A stretch of DNA of 62,777 nt, the filler included, from Rhabdomonas costata (Eukaryota), in NCBI GenBank assembly GCA_019059605.1. It is 24 parts of 24 records of this genome, joined end to end, with 100 filler letters (N's around TTAATTAATTAA, not from the genome) between each part and the next. Parts side by side here need not be neighbours in the genome. Positions count along the whole stretch, not along the records: positions 60,264 to 62,777 come from JAHMHO010003044.1; 23 more parts are not named here. One strand, given 5' to 3'. Position 1 is the stretch's first letter. Each line of letters begins with the position of its first letter. The notes under the pieces were generated by a model. The model saw nothing but the letters and a program-made list of their open reading frames with translations, had not been told where the DNA came from and ran no database searches. This document shows, in pieces, positions 62,287 through 62,777 of this stretch. The translations under genes were made by a program, and so were the position numbers.

Positions 62287-62777
62287 GTCACCATATGCCG
62301 GGGGGGGGAGGCGAATGGTGCTGTCTGCAGAGAGATTTTGAAGACTGGTTATTGCTAAATTGGTCGCTATTGGCGCTATACTATTTTTCGTTTTGTCACT
62401 TGAAGCCTCAACGCACTCTGCAAACATGCTTTCCCTCTCGCTTGAAGAGACCGTGCGTTAGCTCTTGCACAGAGTTTGACGAAAGTCGGGATCCGTAAAC
62501 CTTTGCAGCTTCGTGGTGTTCAGCAAGGGATTTGGAACGGAAGAGATGCGAGAGATGTTCCAAGATATGGGGACGTTTTTGTGCTGTGGTGCGAGTGGGC
62601 GTAACTGTGTGGGATGTACGAATGAGGGGTGCTGGCGGGCTCTCAGCTGTGGGTGAAGCAGAGGGAGGCGGGCACCCGCCGTGTGGAACTGGTGGAGCAG
62701 GCCAAGAGGCTTCTGGAGGAGCAGGACCGCGCCTTGTCCAACCCCGGGGGCCCCGCCCCCGCCATCCCCACAACACC

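Overview
This is not one continuous locus. It is an artificial pseudo-scaffold of 24 unrelated ~2.5-kb contigs joined by 100-nt spacers (44 N + TTAATTAATTAA + 44 N, which puts stops in all six frames). Most contigs start with G/T-only and end with A/C-only bases, and fold-back or inverted chimeras occur, so the DNA was probably whole-genome amplified. The source is an intron-rich flagellated eukaryote, most plausibly a euglenozoan such as a euglenid: it has a kinetoplastid-like mitochondrial HslU, axonemal dynein, CCDC39, and weak GT/GC-AG splice donors. Spliced gene fragments include a PstS-ectodomain/TM/class III nucleotide cyclase receptor, an Lnt-like C-N hydrolase, HslU, dynein heavy chain, acetyl-CoA carboxylase, an aerolysin/ETX-MTX2-like toxin, a SOAT/DGAT1-type MBOAT, a small CxH-CxxC zinc-ribbon protein, CCDC39 and a LamG-domain pseudogene. 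Mobile DNA includes a divergent compact Helitron RepHel, a Penelope-like RT, LINE RT scraps, a possible tyrosine recombinase relic, MITE-like hairpins and a diverged dispersed repeat family. All family calls come from motif recognition by eye; no searches were run.
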